Positions 13,255 to 25,929 of a stretch of DNA of 64,000 nt are shown piece by piece. The position numbers and the translations under genes were made by a program. This stretch comes from Chara braunii (taxonomy: Eukaryota; Plantae; Charophyceae). The stretch spans positions 4,323,127 through 4,387,126 of the forward strand of contig BFEA01000037.1 in assembly GCA_003427395.1 (NCBI GenBank), in the 5' to 3' direction. The notes beneath the pieces were generated by a model, which saw nothing but the letters and a program-made list of their open reading frames with translations, did not search any database and was not told where the DNA came from. Each line of letters starts with the position of its first letter. Positions within the stretch are counted from its first letter, which is position 1.

Positions 13255-13475
13255 TTGCTCATCTGCTGCTACTGCAGTTTCTGTTGCTGGAGTTTCCACA
13301 GCTACAATTTCTACTGCTCCACTTTTCACTCTGGCAGTTTCTACTATAGAAGTTTCTGCTGCTGGAGTTTCTACTACAAGTTCCTCTGCTGCAGTTTTAG
13401 GTACAGCAGTTTGTATAGCTGGAACTCTCTGCACTGTCCTTTTTGCTGCTACAGCTTCCTCTGCGGCAGTTCCAG
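13255..13475. repeat. Low-complexity degenerate CTGCTG/GTTTCT repeat tract
   Basis: Recurrent GTTTCT(A/G)CT(G/A)C units at 15/30-bp spacing. Confidence 0.6.
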
Positions 13476-14027
13476 TGCAAAGAACATCAGTCTCTCCGAC
13501 ACTCGTGTCCTTCATTTCAAAGTCTTGCCCAATCCACCCCTCTTATCTCTTTCTGTGCTTGGTCGCATACAGCTGCGTTTGTCCTCGCCACCCCCGTCTC
13601 CTCCACAGTCTGGCTTGCTACCAGACTTTCCGGTTTCCATTGTTCCCATCATTCCACCTTCGTTGCCAGAGAAATCTTCATCTTCAGTTTGCAGCACCAC
13701 TACTACTGTTATTGTGTATCGTCGAGGACATGCACCACATCGTCACTTGTCTGGGGGTCAACAGCTTGTTTCTTTGTCTGCCCCAATTCTCTCTGTGCCA
13801 GCTCCACAGGTCGTTGCGGTTCTTCTGTTCCAAACAGCAATATCCGCTCCTATGCCTTCTGCAGACAGTCTGGCTGCCCGCAGGCTTCAGCGTTCGATTT
13901 TCCCGACTCACCTGTACAACAGGATGTGGTCCCTGCCCAGGATACGCTCCCTATTCCAGGGGCAGTCCCTACTCAGGTTGCAGCCCCGTCGAGAGATTGG
14001 AACATGATTTGCCCGGATTGCAGTTAA

Positions 14028-14205
14028 CCCCACAAAGTGTAGACAACATGGGAGATCTGCAAATGGATAACCAGCATCGTTTGGATGAACCGAAACCCAC
14101 AAAGTGTAGACCACATGGGAGATCTGCAAATGGATGACCAGCATCGTTTGGATGAACCGAAATTGTGCACCCCCACATGGGTGATTTACAAATGACTGAC
14201 CAGCG
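14028..14205. repeat. ~68-bp tandem repeat, 2 copies plus a degenerate third
   Basis: CCCACAAAGTGTAGAC-ACATGGGAGATCTGCAAATGGAT-ACCAGCATCGTTTGGATGAACCGAAA repeated. Confidence 0.9.
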
Positions 14206-14599
14206 AACAACCCAAGACATTTTGGGCTTCTGGAATTGTTCAGCATCCAGCACACAAGCCTGAGATCCCCGCCAGTTTCTGTGGTCTGACTGCAGCTAAT
14301 ATCTGCCTTCACATTCTCCACAGCCAGTTCCTTACTTCTGTCATGAACTAGGCCTACTACTCTGATCTATTTATCGATATGGGAAGCAGACAATCCTATA
14401 CCCTGAGACAGTGCCCACTGCAGGTTCTACAATGGTATCCGACACTGGAGCCTGTGCTACGTATGCTCCTCCTGGCAGGACTACTGTAGTTTCCCCACTG
14501 ATGTCCTCCAGCAGAGCTTGTCCTACCTACCATCCCCCCAACGGGACCCCCTCATCACACCTGCGGCCCTTGCCCGCCCAGAGCAGAGCCCTAAGGTGA

Positions 14600-15002
14600 C
14601 TCACGTGATCAGTCTCTCCATAATAGCTCTGTCTGCATCTTAGCTACCTTCATGCAAGTATGATTCGCCAGCTCTTCTATACAGCCCACAGCTCAAACCC
14701 ACTGAGCTACAATGATCATTGGAACAACCCATGGACCCACTGATCAAACTGTTTATGTGCTATACTAGACTGGGGGACGAGTGTGTGGGGTGCCGAACTA
14801 GCACCAATGATTATTGGAATAACCCATGGGCCAAGAACATCAGGCAACCCCATGCGCCAACCCAAAGTGGGGTGTGCAAGTGGCCGAGCCTCAGTTAACA
14901 CCTGCGAGTGTGCATCGCTCGACTGAGAGTCTAGAACCCGCAACCTCAGACCACAACGCACATTTCCAACCGGTGCTCTACCCACTGAGCTAACCATTCA
15001 GC
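14600..15002 (-). mobile_element. tRNA-derived SINE-like element (3' boundary uncertain)
   Basis: Minus strand reads TAGCTCAGTGGGTAGAGC (A box/D-arm, 14992-14975) then GGTTGCGGGTTCTAGACTC (B-box-like, 14945-14927); no acceptor stem; second A-box-like TAGCTCAGTGGGTTTGAGC near 14709-14691. Confidence 0.65.
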
Positions 15003-15699
15003 GTGTCTTATGTTCAGCAATCCGAATTCTTTCATCTGCTCGAAACCGTGTTCAGGATCCCGTAAGTCCATCTATCAAACTTTTCAACACACTGCCCTGT
15101 TTCTTGCTAGAAACTCGGCGGATTCTGACTGCTTAGACAGGGCTCAGATACGTGTTATGACTCAGTTCAAGCGCTCATCATCTCACCTCTGCAGTAGTTG
15201 TCCAATCTATAATTCCAAAAATCAAACCAAACACGTGAGGAAACTTCCTTAAAAGCATGTCCAGCGGGGTGCCCAGCCGATTTCTTCAACCTGCACCATT
15301 CAGAACTGCAACTGAGGTTGTGTTGTTATGTGCCTGATTAAAAATGAGTCCAGCATCGCATTCACACGTTCCCATACACGTGCAATGACAAGCAGACTTG
15401 GAGTGAGAAATCCACACCACACCAGATGTTGCATACTGTAATGGTACAGAACATGAACCGACCTCTCTCACTTAGTACAGGATAGCGCAGAGGAAGGCTA
15501 AAATACCAATGATCAGACCAATCAATGTGGCAATGCAGACCAAACATACATCGTCATCATCGCATGGTGTGAAGGGGCCTGGCACTCACACAGGAAGAAT
15601 GCGCCAGTCCCAAACCATACACAGGTGAAGAGGAGGGGGATCAAGACAAAGAATCAGACACATCATTCTCATCACAACAGATAGAACCAGAAGATGGCT

Positions 15700-15768
15700 A
15701 TGTTAGAAGGTGCAAAATTAATTGGAGCGGGCTGTGCAACAATCGCATTAGCTGGAACCGCTGTAGGT
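15700..15768 (+). pseudogene. atp9: NUMT: 5' 23 codons of mitochondrial ATP synthase subunit 9
   Basis: [23 protein letters not shown]. Confidence 0.93.
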
Positions 15769-15995
15769 AAAGTACCTATGGTACCAGTTCATACTTGGTT
15801 ACCTGAAGCTCATGTAGAAGCACCCACCGCTGGATCTGTTATCTTAGCGGGAATTCTCTTAAAATTGGGAACTTATGTTTTTTTAAGATNGAAGCTCATG
15901 TAGAAGCACCCACCGCTGGATCTGTTATCTTAGCGGGAATTCTCTTAAAATTGGGAACTTATGTTTTTTTAAGATTTTCAATACCGATGTATCCA
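15769..15995 (+). pseudogene. nad4: NUMT: internal fragment of mitochondrial NADH dehydrogenase subunit 4
   Basis: [45 protein letters not shown]; ~84-bp duplication around the N at 15890. Confidence 0.95.
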
Positions 15996-16760
15996 GGACA
16001 CAGAAGAGGGGGAAGATGGGAATGTCGTCAACACCAAGTCTTCGATAAAGGCCCCAAATAATCCCTCATCCAATGTCTCGATCCCAATGTCGAGTCTGAA
16101 TCCAAATGTCATCAAATCTCAAAGTCGCAAATCTCTCTCTCTCTCTCGGAGTCTGTAGGTGCTGAGAAGTCAGGTAGCGAGAGGGTGAGGAAGAGATGGA
16201 CTTAGAGGAGGAAGAAGAAGAACTCCCTCTCTCTCTCGTGCCAAGTACTAATCTGTGAAGGTGGCTCCTTGTTGCAGATATATCGAAGACGAAGCTGGAG
16301 CTATGGCGCCACAAGTAAGTCTCCCTGGCCTCCGCCAACTCGCTCTCTCCAAGGCTACTCTAAGCGCCTAACAGCGCCCAGCGCTAACTACTACCACTGC
16401 AGCGTTCCTGCAGAGTGCTGCGGCCGAATCCTGAAGACTGCCTCCTGCACTGCCTGTGAACTGCCTGCAGCCTGCAGGGCGGACCAGTACTATATAGTGC
16501 TGGTCCGGCTGGAAGGCTGCTCTTGCCCATGTCGAATTGTGCCAGACCCTTGCGTTGAAGTTCAAACAAGGTTGTCTTGAAACGAGCATAAAAATGGTCT
16601 GCGCTTAACCCTGGTCTGGCGCTTCAGTTTCAGGACAGATCGACTTGATGAGGGCCTGAAAATGACCCTCCTTTAGGCTGAAACGACACAGGGCCTGGAG
16701 GGCCCTTGTTTTCCGTCTGGTTGGGCCCTGCAGGCCCGTGTTGATGCGCAGTATGCCACA

Positions 16761-16771
16761 CCCCCCCCTCC
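16761..16771 (-). promoter_or_regulatory. Polypurine tract of F
   Basis: G-rich purine run (GGAG then G-run) directly before the 3' LTR on the minus strand. Confidence 0.85.
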
Positions 16772-16789
16772 TGGAAGATCGAACATATT

Positions 16790-19700
16790 TGCGAGGGCGA
16801 AGCTGCCTGTTGGAGGGAGGGACCAAAGTCCGGGTGAGAGGGGCAGGTCGTGAAGCTTCCTTAGCTAGTCTTTGTCTTTCGTAGTGAGCGTAGATCAGCA
16901 GTGTGGATGCTTGCAAATCTGCTCGTGAAATCCATAGAGTGTTGTTAGGATCGCATGCTTTGAAGGTAAGTTTGTACTGTCGAGGCTTGTTGCCGTAATT
17001 GCGATCTCTGATGACGCGGTCGACTTCCTGATGACCATTTATAGACGGAGGGTCTTGCGATCGTCGGCCCGTGCAATCATCGCTCTTAGCTGGTGTGTAT
17101 GTCGGCAACTTCGGGGAGTGAAAGACGATATGGACCGATAGATGCGGAGGGATGCCGATCACAAATGATCGGTCGTCGGGCTCGTTGCTTGTGGCTGAAA
17201 CGACGGTCCATGGTCCAAACCACTTGGGGAGTAGTTTGCTTGGAACATCCTGTTTGAGCGCAAACTCTTCCGCGGAGACCAAAACCAGATCACCGGCGCG
17301 GATGGGACATGGCACGCGACGCCTGTTGGCTTGCTGCTGCATGCGGACTTGAGCCTTTTGCATGTTCGCACGGGCTTGAGTCGGCAATTCCCTGTACTTT
17401 CAGACGGAGGAGGGAGAGCAAGGGGTGTCTATCTCAGATGTTTGTGGAAGGAGAACAGCAACGAAGATACGACCTTTCCGGCCGCCGTGGTGCAACTCGA
17501 ATGGAGCCACGCCGATCGCCGGATGCAACGAAGTGTTGTAGGCGAACTCGATGTCGTTGAGGCGGTCAACCCAATCCTTCTGATGCGGACGGATGAGCGG
17601 ACGGATGAGCATACGAAGCATCATTTGAGCGGTTTGATGTGCCCGCTTCGTTTGCCCGTTCGTTTGTGGATGTCGAGCCGAGCGTGGTTTGATTTTGGTG
17701 TCGGATTTCTGCATGAGAGAAGTCCAGTATGCGGACATGAAATGAGTGTCACAGTCGCTAATGATGTCTTCTGGTACGCCGTGGCTGCAAATCCAGTCAG
17801 TGTGCAAGAGGCGCGCAAGTTCGGGAGCCGTGGCGTAGTACTTGCAAGGGAGAAATCGCGCGTACTTACTCAATTGGTCAACGACCGTGAGGATGCCATC
17901 GTGCCCGAAGCGGTCGTGGGGAAACGGGCCGATGACGTTCATGGCAATGGAGAGGCCGGGTTCCCGTGGAATGGGCAACGGGCGCAACTCACGGTAGGGA
18001 TTGGGGTTGCGGGGTTTGCTTCGTCGACAAACTTCGCAAGAGTCGCAATACCAAGTGACATCGGTAATGAGGTTGGGCCATCGGAATCGTTGCCGAAGTC
18101 GTGTGATAGTTCGATTGACTCCGAAATGGCCGGCGAGTTGCGAGTCGTGGTACTTGTCGAGAAGGCGAGTCCGAAGACCACGGTATCGTGAGACACACAG
18201 TAAGTCCTTGCCGCGTGAGTGGAGAAGCAAGTGCCCGTTGACGATGCGATAATGGCTGGCCGGCGGGTGATCTGAAGATAACTGCGCATAGAGTGTGGCG
18301 TAATACGGATCAGACTCATAGCCCCGGATGAAGTGTCGCTGGAATTCCTCGTCGAACGCGAAGGCATGATGTGTCATAGCACAAAGATCAGGTCTTCGAG
18401 AGAGTGCAGCTGCTGCGCGATTGGAGAGGCCGATGAAGTACATCCATCGTTCGATAGTGCTGCTCAACGCATCCTGCGTCTTGTAGTAGGTCAACAGGTT
18501 GTTATCAATGACCCATGTGAACCTACGACGCGCAAGGAGGAAGTGCCACCGTTGCTTGAGAGCCATCACAAACACAAGCAGCTCCTTCCTTGCGTCATCA
18601 AGTGAATTGATGGGAGGCTCCTTGTGACTGAAATACTCCACGGGGTGCCAGTCGTCGCCATCGTGTTGTTCCAAGACTGCCCCAATGCCATAGTTGGAAG
18701 GGTCAGTCGTCACTCTCGTTGGCAAGGTGGAGTCGTAGATGCTAATGACAGGTGCCATGAGCATCGCCATCTTTAGTGCTTGGAATGACCGGCGCACTTC
18801 GTCGATGAATACAAATGGCACCTTTGGCGATTGTAGTCTCGTCAATGGTGCGGCGATCCTTGAGTACCCGGTGATGAAGCGTTGGTAGTAGCCCGCCAAC
18901 CCCATGAAAAAGTGAACTTTCACGGTGTTGGTGGGCTCGGGCCATACTCGAATAGCCTCGATCTTGTCCGCTAGCGGACGGATGCCTTGAGGCTTCACAA
19001 AATGGCCGAAGTGCTCGAGCTCTTGCCGCACAAATTCGCATTTATCGCGGTTGGCTTTGTACTTGGCTTGTCGTAGCCGTTCCAAAACGGTGCACAGGTG
19101 CTCCACATGCTCGTCTAAACTCGGACTGTACAAAAAGATATCGTCGAGGTAGCTGAGTACAAAATTGTCCAGCATCGGAACTCTGTCGTCATACCGCTTG
19201 GAACGTGGCCGGGTCATTAATAACGCCAAAAGGCATAACCAGCCATTTGAAATGCCCATATTGTGTCTTGAACGCGGTCTTGTGGCGCTCCTTAACGCCG
19301 GATCTCGAGTCGGTGATATCTCGATTTGAGGTCAAGCTTGGAGAAGAATTTAGAAACGCCCAACCGTTCAAGAAGTTTGTCGATGACCGACGTTCTTGAC
19401 GGTTTGCGCGTTGAGCATGCGATAATCGATGCACAATCGTGAGTCCTTGTTCTTCTTCCGGACGAAGAGAACGGAAGCGCCATATGGCGAAGAGCTAGGA
19501 CGAATCCAACCTTTCTCAAGAAGGTCGTAGAGTTGTGCCCGTAGCACACTCAACTTTTCCCCGCTTATGCGGTAGATGCAACCACGCAGAGGTACGGCCA
19601 CGGCCTCGAGAATGATCTCGTGGTGGATGGGCCGATCCGACACTACTCCGGGCGAGGCTTCGAACACGTCGCCGTAGGCGTCGAGAAGCTCGGTGATGCA

Positions 19701-20312
19701 TGGGTCCGCCGATGAAATGTCATGGGGAGGGAGGGCGTGGAGAAAACATACACCCATGTCCTCGATGTCGTCTCGGGTGATGGAAGCTTGAATGCTCACA
19801 GCAGACACCACGTGACAGCTGATCGAAGGGTGAGGAGGAGGCACCGTGCACGGAACTAGTACTCCGTTCCGATCATGAATGTGAATGGTGCGGCGGTAGA
19901 AGTTCACCGAGTGGTCCTCGCTTTGCAGCCATGACATGCCCAAAATCATGTCGAACTTGGTGTCCAAAATGTCGAAGGACACGACCTTGATTGCGTGTGG
20001 GGTGAAGTACACGGGGAGGAAATCAATGCACCGGTCGATTGACTTGTGCATGTGACCGTCGGCTAACGTGACTTGCGTGCACTGCGACTTCCTCCGAACG
20101 CGTGGCCGAAGACCAGCGGGTACCATAAAGTCTCGGCTCATACAGTTGTGAGTAGCCCCGCAATCGATCAAAGCGTTGCAGGTCGCCTCTCCGATATGAA
20201 TGTGTATGTACAACAATGGCGCATCGTTGTCGTCGTACCGTTGTGTCTTGAACTCACGGTCGATCTTCGCAAGGTAGTCGTGAAGGTCAACAACCCCTAC
20301 TCCGACGTCCAT
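16790..20312 (-). pseudogene. F pol: protease, RT, RNase H, integrase, chromo-like domain
   Basis: ALIDCGATHN; RLCIDYR; YLDDIFLYS; VTTDPSNYGIGAVL; GHFG...CEVC; HPQTNGQTKR; EVDRVIRDRNYGNKPRQYKLTF. Confidence 0.93.
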
Positions 20313-20713
20313 CAGCGGAGCTGGTACTGCAGTGCAAGTAATCCCGCAATTGTGCTATGACCACGTTGCAATGTGGTTTCGGCGATTGACCGGTCGGGGG
20401 AAGGGGCATCCATTGGAAGTCCGCGAACGTCAACGGGTCGAGTCTCTCAAGTCTTGACCACGACGTTGAACCCTCGAGGAAAGTTGGCGGCGAAGCTGCT
20501 GAATCCGTTGCCGATGGTGGTGAAACCGTGTATGCGGTGGATTGTTACATGTGGAGTGGCTGGTCCGACGGTGGGACTAGTGGACAACGTAATCCTCGTC
20601 CGTGAACCGAGGACTCAGGACATCCGCATTCTCCTGAGATGTGTAGGAGGCCGCTAGCAAGCCGACCGAATCTGGCGGAGTGAGAGGTGGAGTCGCCTCA
20701 CCTCCCGCGCAGC

Positions 20714-22552
20714 TCAGTTTGAGCTGATTCGAGGCCGAACATCCTCCTTGCGTTGATCTTGGCATTGGGAGGTCTTGTGCTTGGTTTTGTTGCAGCAATA
20801 GCAGCAGCCGTATAGGCTGCAGTACTTGTATTCGGCCTTGGTTAAGTTGAACTTGACCCATGGTACTGGCTGTCCATTTCCGGCCGGCCATGTAGTTTTC
20901 GCCTTCCCTTTTCCACAGGAGTTGCTGTTGCTTCGCGGCTGGACAACGACCACCTGATCTCCCTCACGTGATGTTGGGGTGGCTGCCGGGTCTTCCACAA
21001 TGTTGTCCGCTTGGACTGCAGCGACGGGCGGTGGACGAGGACCAAATTTTCCTTTTCAACATGGGCTGGCTGCCACGCCGACTTATCGTGTGCAGACGCT
21101 CGGTTGGTCTTGATGATCTCACGCGCCTTGTCGATGATTTTGGTGAAGGTCGTGTACTGTTCTCGATCAGCGAGTGCGAGGCTAACCACCTGATCTCCCT
21201 CACGTGATGTTGGGGTGGCTGCCGGGTCTCCCACAATGTTGTCCGCTTGGACTGCAGCGACGGGCGGCGGACGAGGACCAAATTTTCCTTTTTCAACATG
21301 GGCTGGCTGCCACGCTGACTTATCGTGTGCAGATGCCCGGTTGGTCTTGATGATCTCATGCGCCTTGTTGATGATTTCGGTGAAGGTCGTGTATTGTTCT
21401 CGATCACCGAGTGTGAGGCTCAAGGCGGCACACGACCGGTTGGAGAACTCCAGGCGCAAATGCGAAAATGGCAACTCAAGATTGTGTGTTGCCACGATCT
21501 TTTGCCAATTTTGTGAGCCAATCGTGTGTCGCTGTGTTGCATTGAGTCATGGCGAACAGGCGGTTGATGGCGAGCGCCGGGGTGTCGTCCACAATGAACC
21601 GCTTCTTCCATTCCTTCGTCATATCGTCCCAGGAGATCTTTTTGTGCAGGTCGGAGACCTGGACGCTGTGGATGGTTGCCATGTGGCTGGGCCAGATTTG
21701 GCATCCGCCCTTGGCGTTGCGGAACAGCGCCAAGATGTACAAGTGATTGGGGATCTCATGAATCCGAATCTTCTTTGTAAAGCCTCGCCACCAGACGACT
21801 GGGTCCTGATGCGTATAGTCATCAAACTTCTCGATCCGGAACGTCGGCATCTTGTACAGCCTCGATGCACTGGTGCTGCCATCGTTGTCGGGCGGCTGGT
21901 GTAGTTGCCGAACCTTGGTCTTCAAGGTGTTGAGCTGCTCGCTGATGGTGGCTGGTGCAGCGAAGGTGCTGATGTCGCCGAGCATTGTGACTACATGGTC
22001 AACTCGTTGCTCACACTGGCGGGTTGGGGCTGCATTGTTGGGTTCGGCAGCATCTGGTCCTGGTGCTGCATGCTCCAAGTCCTGTAGACGGGAATGAAGT
22101 GCCCGTGTAGCATCCTCGTGCAGATCCTTGTGGTTCCACACTGCTCGTCGGAGATTCGCCAGTTCCTGGTGCTGTTTCTCTTACGCGGACTGCAGGTGGT
22201 TACAAGTGTAAACCAACCGGGCCACGAGTTTGGAGAAAAACTTCTTGTGCTGCTCTTTTGGTGTCGCGTCGTCTTGGTCCTCGGATGGTTCAAAATGCCA
22301 GAACTTGAGCCTGTCGACGCTGGGGGCTTCGTGCCGTTGCAGCAGATCCTGGGCCTCCTTGCGGCGGGCCTGGGCATCTGCGTCAGCTGCGGCCTGAAGC
22401 CGCTTCTTTTCAGCTGCTGCCTGCGCTTTAGCCTATAGGTGGGCAGCCTCGGCTGCCGGCTGGCGCTGTTCCTCAGCCTCGATCAGTGCGAGCTGAGCTT
22501 GGAACGGCTGTCCGTACTCGGCAATGGACTCATTGGACGGTTAGCCTGGCAT
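20714..22552 (-). pseudogene. F gag with zinc knuckle and an internal ~237-bp tandem duplication
   Basis: YKMPTFRIEKFDDYTHQDPVVWW; CYCCNKTKHKTSQC; ~20950-21180 repeated at ~21187-21417. Confidence 0.85.
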
Positions 22553-23153
22553 GCCCAAAACTGAAACCGTCACAGGGGCGGGGTACTGCTGATGTTGGTA
22601 GTGTTGCTGTTGTGGCACTGTTGCTGACGTGGCACTACTACTGACATGGCACTGCTGATGTGGCACCGCTGACGTCATGGGACTGCTGACGTGGCACTGC
22701 TGCTGATGTGGCACTTACCAAACTGGGAATGCAGGCGAAGGGCTGGGTGGGAGGGAAACGCAGGAAGGTAACAAAATAAAAATAAAAATAAAAGAAGAGG
22801 ATCACCTCCCTTTTTTTTTTTTTTTGTTTTGTTTGAATATTTGTCGATCTGCTATCAGTGAGGCATTACGGAGGAGTGCTATGAACGAGATCTAGGCAAG
22901 GTTTTGCAAAGTTTCGGCTTTCGAAAAAATGCGATCTTGATTTTTTTTTTGCGCGCGAAATAGAATGGAGGTTCCACTTTCAGAGAAGAATAGATCCAGT
23001 CCGAGAATATGACAACCTCCCTAGTTCACCTAATCTGCCCAGATTGAGACAAAAAAAACGGAATGCTAATATCCGAAGTTGTGAAAAAGTTTTTTTTTTT
23101 TGCAGAGATTTGACGAAGCCCTACTTCATTCACTGATAAACAATCAATCAATG

Positions 23154-23192
<39 letters not shown>

Positions 23193-23260
23193 CATTCAAA
23201 CTATCAGTCGATCAAGCAAGCTGGCTCCTTGATTGGGCGGATCCTCTGATTGAGAGGTCC

Positions 23261-23272
23261 GCTCCAATACCA
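23261..23272 (-). promoter_or_regulatory. Primer-binding site of F (tRNA-iMet-like)
   Basis: TGGTATTGGAGC 3 nt after the 5' LTR; 2 mismatches to TGGTATCAGAGC. Confidence 0.8.
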
Positions 23273-23275
23273 AAC

Positions 23276-24295
23276 TGTTGCATACCGTAATGGTACAGAC
23301 CAGAACAAGAACCGACCTCTTTCACATAGTACAGGATAGCGCAGAGGAAGGCTAAAATACCAATGATCAGACCAATCAATGTCGCAATGCAGACCAAACA
23401 TACATCATCATCATCGCATGGTGTGAAGGGGCCTGACGTTTACACAGGAAGAATGCGCCAGTCCCAAACCATACACAGACGAAGAGGAGGGGGATCAGAC
23501 GAAGGAGAGGGGGAAGATGGGAATGTCGTCAACACCGAGTCTTCGATATAGGCCCCATATAATCTCTCATCCAATGTCTCGACCCCAATGTCGAGTCTGA
23601 ATCCAAACATCGTCAAATCTCAAACTTGCAAATCTCTCTCTCTGGGAGTCTGTAGGTGCTGAGAAGTCAGGTAGCGAGAGGCTGAGAGAGAGATTGTGGA
23701 CTTAGAGGAGGAAGAAGAAGAACTCTCTTTCTCTCAAGTACTAATCTGTGAAGGTGGCGCCTTGTTGCAGATATATCGAAGACGAAGCTGGAGCTATGGC
23801 GCCACAGGTAAGTCTCCCTGGCCTCCGCCAACTCTCCCTCTCTCTCCAACGCTACTCTAAGCTCCTAACAGCGCCCAGCGCTGAAGACTACTCCTGGCGC
23901 TAGCTACTACTGCAGCGCTCCTGCAAAGTGCTGCGGCCGAATCCTGAAGACTGCCTCCTGCACTGCCTGTGAAGTGCCCGTGAACTGCCTGCAGCCTGCA
24001 GGACGAACCAGTACTATATAGTGCCGGTCCAGCTGGAAGGCTGCTCTTGCCCATGCCGAATCGTGGCAGACCCTGGCGTTGACGTTCAAACAAAGGTTGT
24101 CTTGAAACGGTCCTAAAAATGGCCTGCGCTTAGCCCTGGTCTGGCTCCTAAGTTTCAGGACAGGTCGACTTTATGAGGGCCTGAAAATGGCCCTCCTTTC
24201 TAGGCTTTTTGGCTGAAACGACACAGGGCCTGGAGGGCCCTTATTTTCCTTCTGGTTGGGTCCTGCAGGCCCGTGTGGATTCGTAGTATGCAGCA
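23276..24295 (-). repeat. 5' LTR of F
   Basis: TG...CA ends; adjacent PBS. Confidence 0.95.
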
Positions 24296-25190
24296 TCAAA
24301 ATTTCCAGGATCCCAACCAGGTTATCAACATGGGCGAACCAACTATTTACAGAGTGTTATCAAGTAAGGGAGACTTCTTCTTCCTCCCACCGTCGAGTTC
24401 ACAGCTATGGTGCAGGCCTGTGCCCAACCTATCAAGCCCGCCAATCGGCACCAACCTTCCTGACCCAACAAGCCACTCAGCAGTCCAATCTCAATGCCCA
24501 CGGCAGATGACGTGTCCACTCAACAGGGAAGGGTAGCTCCCAGGACGAAGAAGAAGAACACCAGTACTTGGTGAAGAAGAAGGTGGCTGTCAGTGTGACA
24601 CATACTTTGAAGAAGAGCTTCGATGGCGGATCATTGTTGAACCCCAATGAGCATAGGTAAGAGGAGGCACCTCATAGAGAAGGGCCTGATGCCCAGCGCC
24701 ATCTCAACATGAGCTAGGTAGCCCCAGCTGTGGCCACCAGCCCTGTCAGTATGAAGATGGTGGCGTAGCAAGATAACACAACACCAAGCAGGGCGACCTC
24801 CAGCAGCAGTTCGAGAAAAAAAAAGACGAGCAGAATCCGTTTTTCTTGCCCTCAACAGTTTTATAGACTGCTGTTTTCCTCCACTCGACAGCCTACAGCC
24901 TAGGAACGGCAGCCTATAGCGTAGGACCGAATCTAGACCTAACTTTGGCAGAGGACAGAAACGGCCTACAACTCAAGGGCAGAAAAGCGCAAAGCAGAGA
25001 GGCCCAGTGGTTCTATGACCACCCTACAAAGACTCTCATACTCAGACCTAGGGATCGAGCTTAGTAAGGCTCACACATACAAAGGAACACAACCACGGTA
25101 GAGCTCGCGGGATTAAGTACCGGAGAGCTCAAAGCCAGACAAAACAGATCGAAGTAGTGTACAGCCTGGATAACACTGCAATTCATTGCA

Positions 25191-25203
25191 TTCCTACCCT
25201 CCC
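25191..25203 (-). promoter_or_regulatory. Polypurine tract of A
   Basis: GGGAGGGTAGGAA directly before the 3' LTR on the minus strand. Confidence 0.75.
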
Positions 25204-25780
25204 GGGGAGCGAAGACCCTGACCTAGGAGTGTCAACGAGGAGAAGGTCTGAGGGGTTGCCCTTTCTGTTCAGCCTCATAATGCGCATAACAAAAAATTGC
25301 AGACTTGAGAAGTTCGTTCCTTGTGAACTATCAGACCTCTGTGTGAGGTTGGAAGAGAAACTTCACAAGATACTCACAGCTGGGGCGTGTGCCCCACTGA
25401 TCCACGCTGCTCTCAACTTCGTATCCCTTTCTTGGGATAGGAGGTCAAAACTGCGGTGGCCTATCAGGGAATGCATCAGCAGGAGTGAAAGGTGGAAGTT
25501 TTGAGGCATGGAAGACCGGATAGGTCTTGATATGAGGGGGCTACAGTAAGCACATAGGAAGGCCCAAACGGATCTGCCCCCACAATACCGAGTACCTGCC
25601 ATGGGCCATAGTAAACAGGCAACAACTTTCATGATATGTCCTGTTCATCAGTTAGTTCAGATTTTTTCTCCCAGACCCAGTGACCTGGCCGGATAGGAGA
25701 GGGAGAACGATGCTTCTTAGCCTGTTCTGTCATCCACTTCTGGGCCTTGAAAATATTAGTTATAGCTTTCTTTAGGTCTT

Positions 25781-25880
25781 TAGTGGATTTTCTAGTGTAG
25801 AGATAAAATTCGTAGATATTAGAAGGAACACCAAAAGCGAAGGCAGCTTTCTGGGTCTCTGTTGACGCTGAGGTGCGAGC
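25781..25880 (+). pseudogene. rns: NUMT: mitochondrial SSU rRNA fragment
   Basis: TAGTGTAGAGATAAAATTCGTAGATATTAGAAGGAACACCAAAAGCGAAGGCAGCTTTCTGGGTC...GACGCTGAGGTGCGA; 16S-like region with the plant-mitochondrial-type CCAAAAGCGAAGGCAGC. Confidence 0.85.
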
Positions 25881-25929
25881 CTTTTGTAATTAACTTCAGG
25901 TAACCTAACGGTCGCCCTCCTGCTATATC

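Larger units (their letters stand above)
15427..16760 (-). repeat. 3' LTR of F (contains a mitochondrial insert)
   Basis: Direct repeat of 23276-24295. Confidence 0.95.
15427..24295 (-). mobile_element. Ty3/Gypsy element F, full-length and decayed
   Basis: LTRs TGTTGCATA...TATGC(C/A)(A/G)CA; PBS; PPT; gag-PR-RT-RH-INT-chromo order; flanks CCAGA/TCAAA (degenerate TSD). Confidence 0.95.
15324..25190 (-). repeat. 3' LTR of element A, split by insertion of F (pieces 15324-15426 and 24296-25190)
   Basis: Both pieces align in order to 54583-55724; ends TGTTATG...CATTGCA. Confidence 0.85.

Noticed and set aside
13121-14137. 338-aa and overlapping ORFs as a host gene
   Set aside because: Open in several frames on both strands because of low-complexity repeats; no recognisable domain.
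14920-15002. Functional tRNA gene
   Set aside because: No acceptor-stem pairing, aberrant anticodon region and a degenerate T-loop; treated as a SINE head.
17331-18191. Antisense ORFs over Gypsy pol (also 44561-45244)
   Set aside because: Shadow frames of the retroelement coding strand.
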